Shown here: positions 40,810-50,253 of the stretch, one piece after another
Layout: every line of letters starts with the position of its first letter
Numbering within the stretch: position 1 is the first letter of the stretch
Assembly (NCBI GenBank): GCA_963765675.1
Contig: CAVXXK010000001.1
Coordinates: 224,001-288,000, forward strand
Direction of reading: 5' to 3'
Source: an uncultured delta proteobacterium
GTDB lineage: Bacteria > Desulfobacterota > Binatia > Binatales > Binataceae
Length of the DNA: 64,000 nt
Made by a program: the position numbers and the translations under genes
The notes under the pieces: generated by a model
The model's input: only the letters and a program-made list of their open reading frames with translations
What the model was told of the DNA's origin: nothing
Database searches by the model: none

Positions 40810-41583
40810 TCAGCCGGCCACGAACCCAAGCGGCGCGGGTGCCTGCGGGATTGTTTGCCACAGCTCGGGATCGTGCCCCGTGACGATCATCATCCCCGCG
40901 TCGCGCATCGCACGCAGCCGTCTAAGCGACTCGAGCATCTGCTCGCGATTGTACATCGCGGTCGGCAGATGCATCGTGTCCAGCGTACGGCGCAAATAAC
41001 ACGCGTCTCCCGTCAGGACGACGTGGCCGGAGCCGATCTGCAGCCGCAGCGACTGATGCCCCGGCGTATGCCCGTGCGTCGGAATGCATACCACCGAGCC
41101 GTCGCCGAAGACGTCGTGCTCGCCGTCAATCGTCCGCACCCGATGCCCGTGGTCGTAGTCATTCGGGTTGTAATAGACGCTCTCGATCAGGTCGGCGTCA
41201 TGAGCAGCTTCCCATTCGCGGCGCTGAATCAGCAGCGTCGCGTTCGGTAGCTGCTGATTGCCGCCACAGTGATCGAAGTGCAGATGCGAGTTGATAATCA
41301 GATCGATATCCTCCGGTTTGCGCCCGAGCGCCCCCAGCCGCCCGGCAATCTCCTCGCCGGGTTTGAATCCGACTGTGTGAATCGAAGCCAAACGTCCCAG
41401 ACGCCGATCCGGTTCGGTCTGCGTCTCTACATGAAGTCCGGTATCGAAAATCACGCGGCCTTTCGGATGCTCGATCAGATAGGAGGGAACCGGCACCTTC
41501 AGCTTCCCCTTCTCGCCCTGGAGCAAAAGTCCCATCGGCAGAGTCAGCCATCCGCACGTGAACGCATAGACATTAAGAGCCAT
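40810..41583 (-). CDS. N-acyl-homoserine-lactonase-family metallo-beta-lactamase-fold hydrolase
   Basis: SHLHFDHCG, GHTPGHQS, GDA, GHD. Confidence 0.85.
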   Translation of the reverse strand: MALNVYAFTCGWLTLPMGLLLQGEKGKLKVPVPSYLIEHPKGRVIFDTGLHVETQTEPDRRLGRLASIHTVGFKPGEEIAGRLGALGRKPEDIDLIINSHLHFDHCGGNQQLPNATLLIQRREWEAAHDADLIESVYYNPNDYDHGHRVRTIDGEHDVFGDGSVVCIPTHGHTPGHQSLRLQIGSGHVVLTGDACYLRRTLDTMHLPTAMYNREQMLESLRRLRAMRDAGMMIVTGHDPELWQTIPQAPAPLGFVAG

Positions 41584-41782
41584 CTATTTCCTCGCTCGCT
41601 TCAATCATCGTGACGGGCCGCTCCGCAATCCTAGTCAATCTCGATATCGATAGCGTAACGCGAAGATCAGTTGCAGGCCCGAGGCGCTTGGGATTGCGTC
41701 AGGTACTAAACGATCGTTTAATCAGGTTGACCCTCCCGCAGCCGTTGGCAAATTCCATCCGGAGACAGGTCGAGGACGACAT

Positions 41783-43057
41783 ATGGCCGCAACCAAGCTT
41801 CGCTTCGGCGCGTTTATCGCGCCCTTCCATCCCCTTAACGAAAACCCCACGCTCGCGATCGAGCGCGATTTGGAGCTCGTGCAGTGGATGGACCGGCTGT
41901 CCTACGACGAAGCCTGGATCGGCGAGCATCACTCCGCCGGCTACGAGCTGATCGCGAGCCCCGAAATTTTCATCGCAACCGCCGCCGAGCGCACCCGCAA
42001 TATCCGCCTCGGCACCGGCGTGTCGTCGCTGCCGTATCATCATCCGCTGATGCTCGCGGACCGGATTAACCAGCTCGATCATATTACCCGCGGACGCGCG
42101 ATGTTCGGAGTCGGACCGGGCGCGTTGCCATCTGACGCCGCGATGATGGGAATCGAGGTCGCCAAGCAGCGCGACATGATGGACCAGGCGCTCGAGGTGC
42201 TGGTGCCATTGCTGCGCGGCGAAACCGTCACGAAGAAAACCGACTGGTTCACGCTGAAAGACGCGCGCCTCCAGATGACGCCATACTCGCGCCCCTCGGT
42301 CGAGGTCGCCGTCGCAAGCCAGGTCTCACCGACCGGATCGCGCGCTGCAGGCAAACATGGCGTCGGACTTCTCTCGCTCGGCGCAACTTCGGCGGGCGGG
42401 TTCAACGCGCTCTCGTCCAACTGGGCCATCGCCGAAGAAATGGCGCGCGACAACGGGACCGTGATGGATCGCGCGCGATGGCGTCTCGTGGGACCGGTGC
42501 ATGTCGCTGAGACGCGCGAGCAGGCACGCGCCAACGTCCGCTTCGGACTCGAGAAGTGGCTGTTCTATTTCCGCGAGGTCGCCGCGCTTCCGGTCGCGCC
42601 TGACGATGGTTCCGATCCGGTCGATGCGTTGATCGCTTCGGGGCTCGCTGTCGTCGGAACGCCCGACGATTGTATCGCGCAGATCGAGCGGCTCCAGAAG
42701 CAGTCGGGAGGCTTCGGCTGCTTTCTTCAGCTCGCGCACAACTGGGCGAACTGGGAAGCGACCAAACACTCCTACGAATTGATCGCGCGCTACGTGATGC
42801 CGAAGTTCCAGGATTTGAACCTCAATCGCGAGACTTCGCTCAACTGGGCGAAACAAAATCGCGAGAGCTTCATCGGCGCCGCGACCGCCGCCGTCGCTTC
42901 TCGCATCGCCCAGCACATTTCAGAAAAGGGTTCGGAAAATATCCGCCCCGAGATTCTCGAATCGATGGGGATGACGAAAAGCGCGGACGGTCACCCGGAC
43001 GCGCCGTCGGTCTTGTCCGCGATTTCTCCGCTGCCGGGCAAAGCGAACGGAAGATGA
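41783..43057 (+). CDS. LLM-class flavin monooxygenase (limonene 1,2-monooxygenase-like)
   Basis: FGAFIAPFH, WIGEHHSAG, LGTGVSSLPYHHP, GVGPGALPSDA. Confidence 0.85.
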   Translation: MAATKLRFGAFIAPFHPLNENPTLAIERDLELVQWMDRLSYDEAWIGEHHSAGYELIASPEIFIATAAERTRNIRLGTGVSSLPYHHPLMLADRINQLDHITRGRAMFGVGPGALPSDAAMMGIEVAKQRDMMDQALEVLVPLLRGETVTKKTDWFTLKDARLQMTPYSRPSVEVAVASQVSPTGSRAAGKHGVGLLSLGATSAGGFNALSSNWAIAEEMARDNGTVMDRARWRLVGPVHVAETREQARANVRFGLEKWLFYFREVAALPVAPDDGSDPVDALIASGLAVVGTPDDCIAQIERLQKQSGGFGCFLQLAHNWANWEATKHSYELIARYVMPKFQDLNLNRETSLNWAKQNRESFIGAATAAVASRIAQHISEKGSENIRPEILESMGMTKSADGHPDAPSVLSAISPLPGKANGR

Positions 43058-43174
43058 ATCGCGGAACGATCGCGCCGCTTGAATAGTTGCCACGCTCTGC
43101 CTTAAGAGACAATTGGCCGTCATCAGCCTGCGCGGACTGGGCGCTGAACTACGGCATCAACAGGAGGAATTTTC

Positions 43175-44473
43175 ATGAGCTGGGATTTTGAAACGGAACC
43201 GGAGTTCCAAAAGGAACTCGACTGGATCGATAAATTCGTGCGCGAAGAAGTCGAGCCGCTCGACTACGTGCTGGGCCATCCGTATGACGTGAAAGACCCA
43301 AAGCGCAACGCTCTCGTGCGCCCGCTCCAGGCCGAGGTCCGCAAGCGCAAGCTCTGGGCCTGCCATCTGGGCCCCGACCTCGGCGGACCGGGTTACGGCC
43401 AAATCAAGCTCGCGCTGATGAACGAGATTCTCGGCCGCTCACGCTTCGCTCCGATCGTGTTCGGATGCCAGGCGCCCGACTCCGGCAACGCCGAGATTCT
43501 CGCGCATTACGGCACCCCCGATCAGAAGAAGCGTTTTCTCCAGCCGCTGCTCGACAATGAAATTGTTTCTGCATTCTCGATGACCGAGCCGCAGGGCGGC
43601 GCCGATCCCAAGGTCTTCACCACCAAGGCCGAGCTGCGCGGCGACAACTGGGTGATCAACGGTGAGAAGTGGTTCTCGTCGAACGCGCATCTGGCTTCGT
43701 TTCTGATCGTGATGGCGGTGACGGACCCCGACGCCAAAGAATACAACCGGATGTCGATGTTCATCGTGCCGAAAGAGACGGCCGGAGTGAAAATTCTGCG
43801 AAACATGGGCGTCGGCATGCACGAGGCCGAGGGCAGCCACGCCTATATCCGCTATGAAGACGTGACCGTTCCCAAGGATCACATGCTCGGACCCCGCGGC
43901 GGCGCGTTCGTCGTCGCGCAGACTCGTCTGGGCGGCGGCAGGATTCATCATGCGATGCGCACGATCGGGCAGGTGCGCAAGGCGTTCGACATGATGTGCG
44001 AGCGGGTGCTTTCGCGCACCACGCAAGGCTCGCGGCTGGCCGACAAGCAGATGGTGCAGGAAAAAATTGCCGACTCGTGGATGGAGATCGAGCAGTTCCG
44101 GCTATTGGTGCTGCGCACCGCGTGGAAGATCGATCGCTACAAAGATTATCTGAAGGTGCGCAAGGATATCGCCGCCGTGAAAGCCCTGATGCCGAAAGTT
44201 TTTCACGATGTCGCCGCCCGCGCGCTGCATCTGCACGGCTCGCTCGGCGCGACCGGCGAGATGCCGTTCGTCGAGCAGGTCATCCAGAGCTTCCACATGG
44301 GTCTCGCCGATGGACCGACCGAGGTCCACAAGGTGACGGTCGCGCGCCAGGTGCTGCGCGAATACAAAGCCACCACCGGACTTTTCCCGAGCCAGCATAT
44401 TCCGAAGCTGCGCGAAGCCGCGATCAAAAAGTACGCGGACCGTATCGAACACGAGGTTCGCGCCCAGTCATGA
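43175..44473 (+). CDS. Acyl-CoA dehydrogenase
   Basis: APDSGNAE, FSMTEP, INGEKWFSS, RLGGGRIHH, DGPTEVH. Confidence 0.92.
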   Translation: MSWDFETEPEFQKELDWIDKFVREEVEPLDYVLGHPYDVKDPKRNALVRPLQAEVRKRKLWACHLGPDLGGPGYGQIKLALMNEILGRSRFAPIVFGCQAPDSGNAEILAHYGTPDQKKRFLQPLLDNEIVSAFSMTEPQGGADPKVFTTKAELRGDNWVINGEKWFSSNAHLASFLIVMAVTDPDAKEYNRMSMFIVPKETAGVKILRNMGVGMHEAEGSHAYIRYEDVTVPKDHMLGPRGGAFVVAQTRLGGGRIHHAMRTIGQVRKAFDMMCERVLSRTTQGSRLADKQMVQEKIADSWMEIEQFRLLVLRTAWKIDRYKDYLKVRKDIAAVKALMPKVFHDVAARALHLHGSLGATGEMPFVEQVIQSFHMGLADGPTEVHKVTVARQVLREYKATTGLFPSQHIPKLREAAIKKYADRIEHEVRAQS

Positions 44474-44503
44474 TAGCGGGCGCGCGATAAATCAGCACGG
44501 GAG

Positions 44504-45410
44504 ATGCCAGTGGCTTACGAACAGATTCTCTACGACGTCAAGGACAATATCCTGACGATCACACTGAACCGGCCCGAGAAGTTGAACGCGTTTACCGGCG
44601 TGATGATGACCGAAATGATCGACGCGTTCGATCGCGCCGACAAGGATGACGAGATTCGCGCGATTATCGTGACCGGCGCCGGACGCGCGTTTTGCGCCGG
44701 CGCCGATCTTTCATCGGGTCCAGATACCTTCAACTCTTCGCGCTCTGATCGCCCCGAGCGCAAGAGCGCAATCCGCGCCGACGGCTCGATCGATTGGACC
44801 AATGACGCGACTCGCGACGGTGGCGGACGTCTGACACTACGAATCTTCGAATGCCTGAAACCAGTCATCGCGGCCGTCAACGGACCGGCGGTCGGTGTCG
44901 GCGTTACGATGCAACTGGCGATGGACGTGCGGATCGCGTCGGAAAACGCGCGCTTTGGGTTCGTTTTCTCGCGCCGCGGAATAGTTCCCGAGGCCTGCTC
45001 GAGCTGGTTTCTGCCGCGGATCGTCGGAATTTCGCAGGCGCTGGAATGGGCATTTTCTGGCCGGGTCTTTTCCGCAAAAGAGGCGCTCGAGGGGCGGCTT
45101 GGTCAGCAAAATCTACCCGCCGAGCGAACTTGTTCCGGCCGCGCGCGCCCTCGCCCGCGAGATCGCCGACAACACCTCGCAGGTCTCGGTCGCACTGATT
45201 CGTCACATGATGTGGAAGATGCTGGGCGCGGACCATCCGATGGAGGCGCACAAGGTCGATAGCAAGGGAATCTTCGTGCGCGGCGCGTCCGCCGATGTCA
45301 GAGAAGGTGTGGCTTCGTTTCTCGAGAAGCGACCGGCCAAATTTCCGGAGAAAGTCTCGAAGGACATGCCGTCGTATTTTCCCTGGTCGCCGCCCCGAAA
45401 ATACAGCTAA
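44504..45410 (+). pseudogene. Enoyl-CoA hydratase/crotonase split by a 1-nt frameshift (may be a sequencing error)
   Basis: AFCAGADL, AVNGPAVG, GIVPEA in one frame; removing one G of GGGG (45091-45094) gives ...ALEGGLVSKIYP...EGVASFLEKR. Confidence 0.8.
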
Positions 45411-45473
45411 TGGGGCCTTAACGCGCGCCGAACCTGGGCCCTGAAGCCAGCCGGCGCGCGACAATCCTCAAGC

Positions 45474-45872
45474 TTACGCTACGCTCTCACCGCGCATCGC
45501 GGGAGTGATGCGCGCTGAAGATGCTGCTCTGTGCGCCGAACGGATTCGCCCATGCTGGCGCCTCAGGCCGACGCGCAATGAGTCGGGCTCGATATCCAGG
45601 TTCTCGCACACGCTGACGAAGCTGAATGGACCGCGATCTTTTACCGAAAAGATCCAGTCGTGAGCCTCAACGTACTGGATTCGCTTGAGCGCCGTCCGGT
45701 CGTTGCAATTATCCAGGTAGCACCGGACCGCGTCCTCGAGGATCGCGAACAGGAGGTTGCGCTCGCCTTCAAACCGATGGTCACGGCGAGCGCTATGGAA
45801 CTGCTCGGGCAGAATCGAAGCTCCGGAGAAAACGCTTGGCGATTCGTCTGAGGGATTAAGTGCTGCCTTCAT
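45474..45872 (-). CDS. Conserved-looking hypothetical protein (132 aa)
   Basis: ILPEQF...GERNLLFAILEDAVRCY...EAHDW...FSFVSVCENLDIEP; GGAG upstream; sigma54-like motif. Confidence 0.7.
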   Translation of the reverse strand: MKAALNPSDESPSVFSGASILPEQFHSARRDHRFEGERNLLFAILEDAVRCYLDNCNDRTALKRIQYVEAHDWIFSVKDRGPFSFVSVCENLDIEPDSLRVGLRRQHGRIRSAHRAASSARITPAMRGESVA

Positions 45873-45917
45873 GCTCTTGGTACTCCGGTGTTTGGTTACG
45901 TTGGGTTCGGGTTACAA

Positions 45918-45933
45918 CGCAAAGTTGATACCA
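45918..45933 (-). promoter_or_regulatory. sigma54 promoter candidate
   Basis: Minus strand TGGTATCAACTTTGCG (GG-N10-GC). Confidence 0.55.
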
Positions 45934-46229
45934 ACGTAAAGTCCTTCATCTTCGTGGCACGCAGGCGATCTTGAGAGAGAAAATTCTACACGGTCATCAA
46001 TCCCGAAAATCGAACTAACGCATCTGCCAGGCGAGCCTTAGTATCTCTCCGGCTGGCGATAGTGCATACGGCCGAGAGGGCCGTATCGGTTCTCTAGAGC
46101 ACGGTTATGTGGGGAACGGATGAAAAATTTATGATGGTCCGAAAAAGGCTATGGTTCGCACCTCAGCATCGCCGCGTCGCGGTTTATCCGCGTGAAGTGG
46201 TACCATCGATGCTCGGGATCGTAGGCGAC

Positions 46230-47570
46230 TCACCCTTGCGATCGAGCTGACCGCGACGGCAGCGTCAAGGCGAGCGCGCCCGCAATTCCCACCGAGAGCG
46301 CCAACACCGCGAGGCCGCTCTTGAAACTGTGCGTCGAACCTTTCATCAGGCCGACCACGTACGGGCCGAAGAAGCCACCCAGGTTTCCTAGCGAGTTGAT
46401 TAGCGCGATTGCTCCTGCCGCCGCAGTGCCGCCCAGGAACTCGGGCGGTATTGCCCAGAAGGGACCGCACGCGCTGAAGATTCCAGCGGCGCCAAGCGCG
46501 ATCGCCGCGAGCTCAACGGCAGGCACGCGCGTGATTGCCGAGAGAATAAATCCGCATGCGCCCGCGAACGCGCATATCGCCAGCACGCGCCGGCGATCTC
46601 CGCCGCGGCTCGAAATTGCGTCGGAGATCGCTGCGACCCAAACCATCGCAAACGCGGCGACGATAAAGGGAATCGCCGTGATTAGTCCGATCACGAAATC
46701 GCTGCTGGCGCGAAACCCCTGCACGATTTGCGGCAGCCAGAAACTCACGCCGTAAAGTCCGAACACAATTCCGAAATAGATCAACGCCAGCAGCCACACT
46801 CGCGCATCCTTCAATCCGTCGGCGAGACGATACTCGGATCGCGCTGCGACGCTCTGCTCGCGCGCATTCATCTCCAGCAGCGCATTGCGTTCGTCTTCGG
46901 AAAGCCAGTCGGCGTCCTCCGGTCCGTCGGGCAGCCGGAATGCCACCGCGATTCCGAGCACGATCGCAGGCGCGCCTTCAAGCAGGAACAGCCATTGCCA
47001 TCCTGCGATGCCGAGCGTGTCGTGCATCATCAGCAGTGCTCCAGACACCGGACCGGCAACGATCCCCGCCACAGCGGCGGCGGTCATAAACAAAGCCACC
47101 GCACGCGCCCGCTGCCCCGCGGGGAACCATCGCGTCAGGTACAGAATCACGCCGGGAAAAAATCCGGCTTCCGCCGCGCCGAGCGTGAAGCGCAAGGCGC
47201 AGAAGCTCGCGGGGCCGCGCACCGCCGTCATCGCAATCGCGACTGCGCCCCAGGTGAGCATGATCCGCGCGATCCATCGCCGCGCGCCGACTCTCTCAAG
47301 AATCAGGTTGCTCGGAATTTCAAAGATGAAATATCCGGCGAAGAATAAGCCCGCGCCAAAGCCGAAGACCGCATCGCTCAGTCCGAGCGCGCGATTCATC
47401 TGCAGCGCCGCGAACCCGACGTTGATTCGATCCAGGTAGGCAACGATGTAGAGCACGAACAGAAACGGCAGCAGCCGGCGCCTGACCTTCGCGAGCGCGG
47501 CAGCCTCGAGCGCGGCCGCGGCTTCCGTGATCGCGCTTGGGTTTGAAATCTCGTCGCCGGGAATTCTCAC
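46230..47570 (-). CDS. MFS transporter, anion:cation symporter type
   Basis: RLLPFL, AYLDRINVGFA, EIPSN, GAAEAGFFPG, GWQWLF; GTG 47570 likely start. Confidence 0.9.
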   Translation of the reverse strand: MRIPGDEISNPSAITEAAAALEAAALAKVRRRLLPFLFVLYIVAYLDRINVGFAALQMNRALGLSDAVFGFGAGLFFAGYFIFEIPSNLILERVGARRWIARIMLTWGAVAIAMTAVRGPASFCALRFTLGAAEAGFFPGVILYLTRWFPAGQRARAVALFMTAAAVAGIVAGPVSGALLMMHDTLGIAGWQWLFLLEGAPAIVLGIAVAFRLPDGPEDADWLSEDERNALLEMNAREQSVAARSEYRLADGLKDARVWLLALIYFGIVFGLYGVSFWLPQIVQGFRASSDFVIGLITAIPFIVAAFAMVWVAAISDAISSRGGDRRRVLAICAFAGACGFILSAITRVPAVELAAIALGAAGIFSACGPFWAIPPEFLGGTAAAGAIALINSLGNLGGFFGPYVVGLMKGSTHSFKSGLAVLALSVGIAGALALTLPSRSARSQG

Positions 47571-47612
47571 CCGCCTTCTCCTAGCAGGAGAGCTTCGCAT
47601 AACCAATCGGAG

Positions 47613-47826
47613 GAGTGTGCCCGTGCGCGAGGGCGAGATTCCTCGCGGCATCTGCCGGGCACATTGCGCACACGAATCGTACGCGCTGCCTGCTCGCGCT
47701 CGGAATGACACGAAGCCGGAGAAAATTGTCATTCCGAGCGCGCACGGGTAATGCGTATGGCGGCGTGCGTAATACCTGGAGCGGCAGAAGTCGCGAGGAA
47801 TCTCGCCCTTGCGCATTGGCACACTC
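47613..47826. repeat. ~214-nt imperfect inverted repeat (long hairpin)
   Basis: Arms 47613-47710 and 47727-47826 with perfect 18-bp and 16-bp cores and a 16-nt loop. Confidence 0.85.
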
Positions 47827-47978
47827 TCCTGTCCCGGAGGAGCTACTCGACATTCTTCCACCAGGCGCGTCCGCTCTCGCCAATCATGGCCGCGGGTTTT
47901 CGTTTATCGCGCGCGGTCGGGTAGTCTCGAAGCGCGGATGCGATGCGTTCGCGAAACGAACCCAAGGGAGAACAGGAC

Positions 47979-48674
47979 GTGGCTTCAGATCAGGTGGTGT
48001 TTTTGCTCGATGTCGACAACACGCTGCTCGATAACGATGGGGTGGTCGCGGACCTGATGCGCCATCTGGAGAAAGACGTCGGCCCCGAGCAGCAGAAGCG
48101 TTACTGGACCTACTTCGAGCAGCTCCGCACGGAGCTCGGATACGCCGACTACCTGGGCGCGCTGCAGCTCTACCGGATTCACTATCCACGCGATTTCCGG
48201 ATTTTTTCAGTCTCGCTGTTCCTGGTTGACTACCCGTTCGCCAACCGGTTGTTTCCTAACTCGCTCGACGTGATCGAGCACGTGAAACAATTCGGCCGCA
48301 CCGTGGTTCTGTCCGACGGCGACGTCGTGTTTCAGCCGCACAAGATTCAGCGCTCGGGACTCCACGACGCTGTCGACGGCGAGGTGCTGATCTATATTCA
48401 CAAAGAACAGGAGCTCGACGACATCACGGCGCGCCTGCCCGCCGCGCATTACGTGATAATCGATGACAAGGTACGGATTCTGGCCGCATTGAAGAAGGCG
48501 TGGGGATCGAAGGTGACGACTGTATTCCCGCGCCAGGGCCATTACGCCGCCGACGCGGCGGAGGTCGCGAAATATCCCGCGCCCGATATTACGATCGCGC
48601 GGATCGGCGACCTGCTCAACTACGATCTGGAGACGATCAGAAAAGCCGCGGTCGCCGGTTCAGCGCAAACCTGA
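47979..48674 (+). CDS. HAD-superfamily hydrolase
   Basis: DVDNTL motif I, SDGD, IDDK. Confidence 0.85.
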   Translation: MASDQVVFLLDVDNTLLDNDGVVADLMRHLEKDVGPEQQKRYWTYFEQLRTELGYADYLGALQLYRIHYPRDFRIFSVSLFLVDYPFANRLFPNSLDVIEHVKQFGRTVVLSDGDVVFQPHKIQRSGLHDAVDGEVLIYIHKEQELDDITARLPAAHYVIIDDKVRILAALKKAWGSKVTTVFPRQGHYAADAAEVAKYPAPDITIARIGDLLNYDLETIRKAAVAGSAQT

Positions 48675-49079
48675 GTCCCGTTGGCGGCTGACCGCTTCGG
48701 CCTGACCCAGCGCCTGCGGCAGAATCAGCCGGACGCGTTTGGCTTCGCTTTCGAGCGCCGACAGCAGATCCTCCATCGCTTCCGGCGCCGCCGCCCGATC
48801 TCCGATCGACTCGAGTTCGCCGCAAATTCCGGCGAGGCGGCTCGCGCCGATAAGCGCCGAAGATCCCTTCATCCGATGCGCGGCGCGCGCGAGTTCGCTG
48901 AAATCCGGCACTTGCGCGAACGCGCGCAGCGCGACAATCCGCGCGGGTAATTCTTTGAAGAACATTTCCAACAGAACCGGAATTACGTCGTCGGTCGGAT
49001 CGGCGCTGATGTCCTTCAGATCTTCGATTACTTCGTGATCGAGACCGTCGTCACTAATCTGCATAACGTCACTCGGCAT
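48660..49079 (-). CDS. Hpt-domain phosphotransfer protein
   Basis: AAHRMKGSSALIGA..L..C..LE. Confidence 0.85.
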   Translation of the reverse strand: MPSDVMQISDDGLDHEVIEDLKDISADPTDDVIPVLLEMFFKELPARIVALRAFAQVPDFSELARAAHRMKGSSALIGASRLAGICGELESIGDRAAAPEAMEDLLSALESEAKRVRLILPQALGQAEAVSRQRDSGLR

Positions 49080-49094
49080 AACACCCCTTTAGGC

Positions 49095-49110
49095 AGCACT
49101 TTCCGTGCCC
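49095..49110 (-). promoter_or_regulatory. sigma54 promoter candidate (Hpt gene)
   Basis: Minus strand GGGCACGGAAAGTGCT (GG-N10-GC). Confidence 0.45.
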
Positions 49111-49309
49111 AAATGAGGATCCCGCTGCGCCAACCGCAGGTCCCGAATTCGCACATCCGGATCGCGATCGCTATCGATCAGATTGTCGCAGTTTCAGTAG
49201 CGAGCAATGCCAATTTTGTGACACATCTTTGCGCCGCACGGTCTGAGGCAATCGTGGTCTTTACCTTGCCTCGGCAACTTTTGATTTTCTGCTGATGCCA
49301 TCGATCGCG

Positions 49310-49325
49310 CGGCACGCCTGTTGCG
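49310..49325 (+). promoter_or_regulatory. sigma54 promoter candidate (response regulator)
   Basis: CGGCACGCCTGTTGCG (GG-N10-GC). Confidence 0.55.
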
Positions 49326-49380
49326 TTTGGAAGTGGTGGCGCAGCTTTCTCCCTCGGATCGCGCGCAAAGCGAGGCGCAC

Positions 49381-50190
49381 GTGATCAACAATCTCGGAGC
49401 CGTGCTCAGCGGCAAACGGTTCGCGCTGATCGGGTTCGATGCGGAAGAAAGTGGCACTATAGTGTCGGTTTTGGCCGCGATGCACGCATTCGGGCAGCCG
49501 GTTACGGGAGGCGCGACGATCCCCGGCCTCAATCCTTTCGCGCGTTTTGACGGCTGCATCATCGACGCGGGCGTGGGCGCGAACAACTCCACCGCGCCCG
49601 AAGAAACCATCGCGAGAATCCATAAACCCGCGCTGCTAATCGGCAGCGGCGAGCAGATGATGAAGCATGCGCTCGCGGTCGCCGACAACCGCCACGACTT
49701 CCTGGTGCGGCCGTATGAAACCGAGGAGTTGCTGCTGCGCGTGTTCCGGATCGTGCGCAATGCCGGCACCGAAAACGACGTGGTCCGTCCGACGCAGCGC
49801 TCCGCCGGCAGGCGGGTGCTGGTCGCCGACGACGATCAGGCGGCGACGATCCTGATCTCGACCGTGCTGCGCCACGCGGGTTTTATCTGCGAGTTCGCGC
49901 GCGACGGCCGGAGCGCGCTGAAACTCGCGCGCGAGTCGGTTCCCGATCTTCTTCTGCTCGACGTTGGCCTGCCGGAGATGGACGGATTCGCGGTGCTGAG
50001 CGCGGTGCGCAACGATCCGGCAATCTGCAAGCTGCCGATAATCGTGGTCACCGGCCGCAACAACGAGGACGACATCGTCAAGGGATTCGCGCTCGGCGCC
50101 GACGATTACATCACCAAACCCTTCATCTCGGGCGAGATGACCTCGCGGGTGAATCGCGCGCTGCGCCGCGAACACCCGGCAGGCGATTGA
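49381..50190 (+). CDS. Response regulator: degenerate REC plus intact REC
   Basis: C-terminal VADDD, LLDVGLPEMDG, DYITKPF; N-terminal pseudo-receiver (IID...DFLVRPY); GTG 49381 with GAGG. Confidence 0.8.
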   Translation: MINNLGAVLSGKRFALIGFDAEESGTIVSVLAAMHAFGQPVTGGATIPGLNPFARFDGCIIDAGVGANNSTAPEETIARIHKPALLIGSGEQMMKHALAVADNRHDFLVRPYETEELLLRVFRIVRNAGTENDVVRPTQRSAGRRVLVADDDQAATILISTVLRHAGFICEFARDGRSALKLARESVPDLLLLDVGLPEMDGFAVLSAVRNDPAICKLPIIVVTGRNNEDDIVKGFALGADDYITKPFISGEMTSRVNRALRREHPAGD

Positions 50191-50253
50191 TCGCCTGATC
50201 CGCGGCTGCACAACCAGTTGTCATCGGACGATGCGGTGTCCTACTGTTGCCGC

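Noticed and set aside
47571-47861. 97-aa N-terminal extension of the MFS ORF
   Set aside because: It is a translation of the intergenic hairpin; transporter similarity starts after GTG 47570
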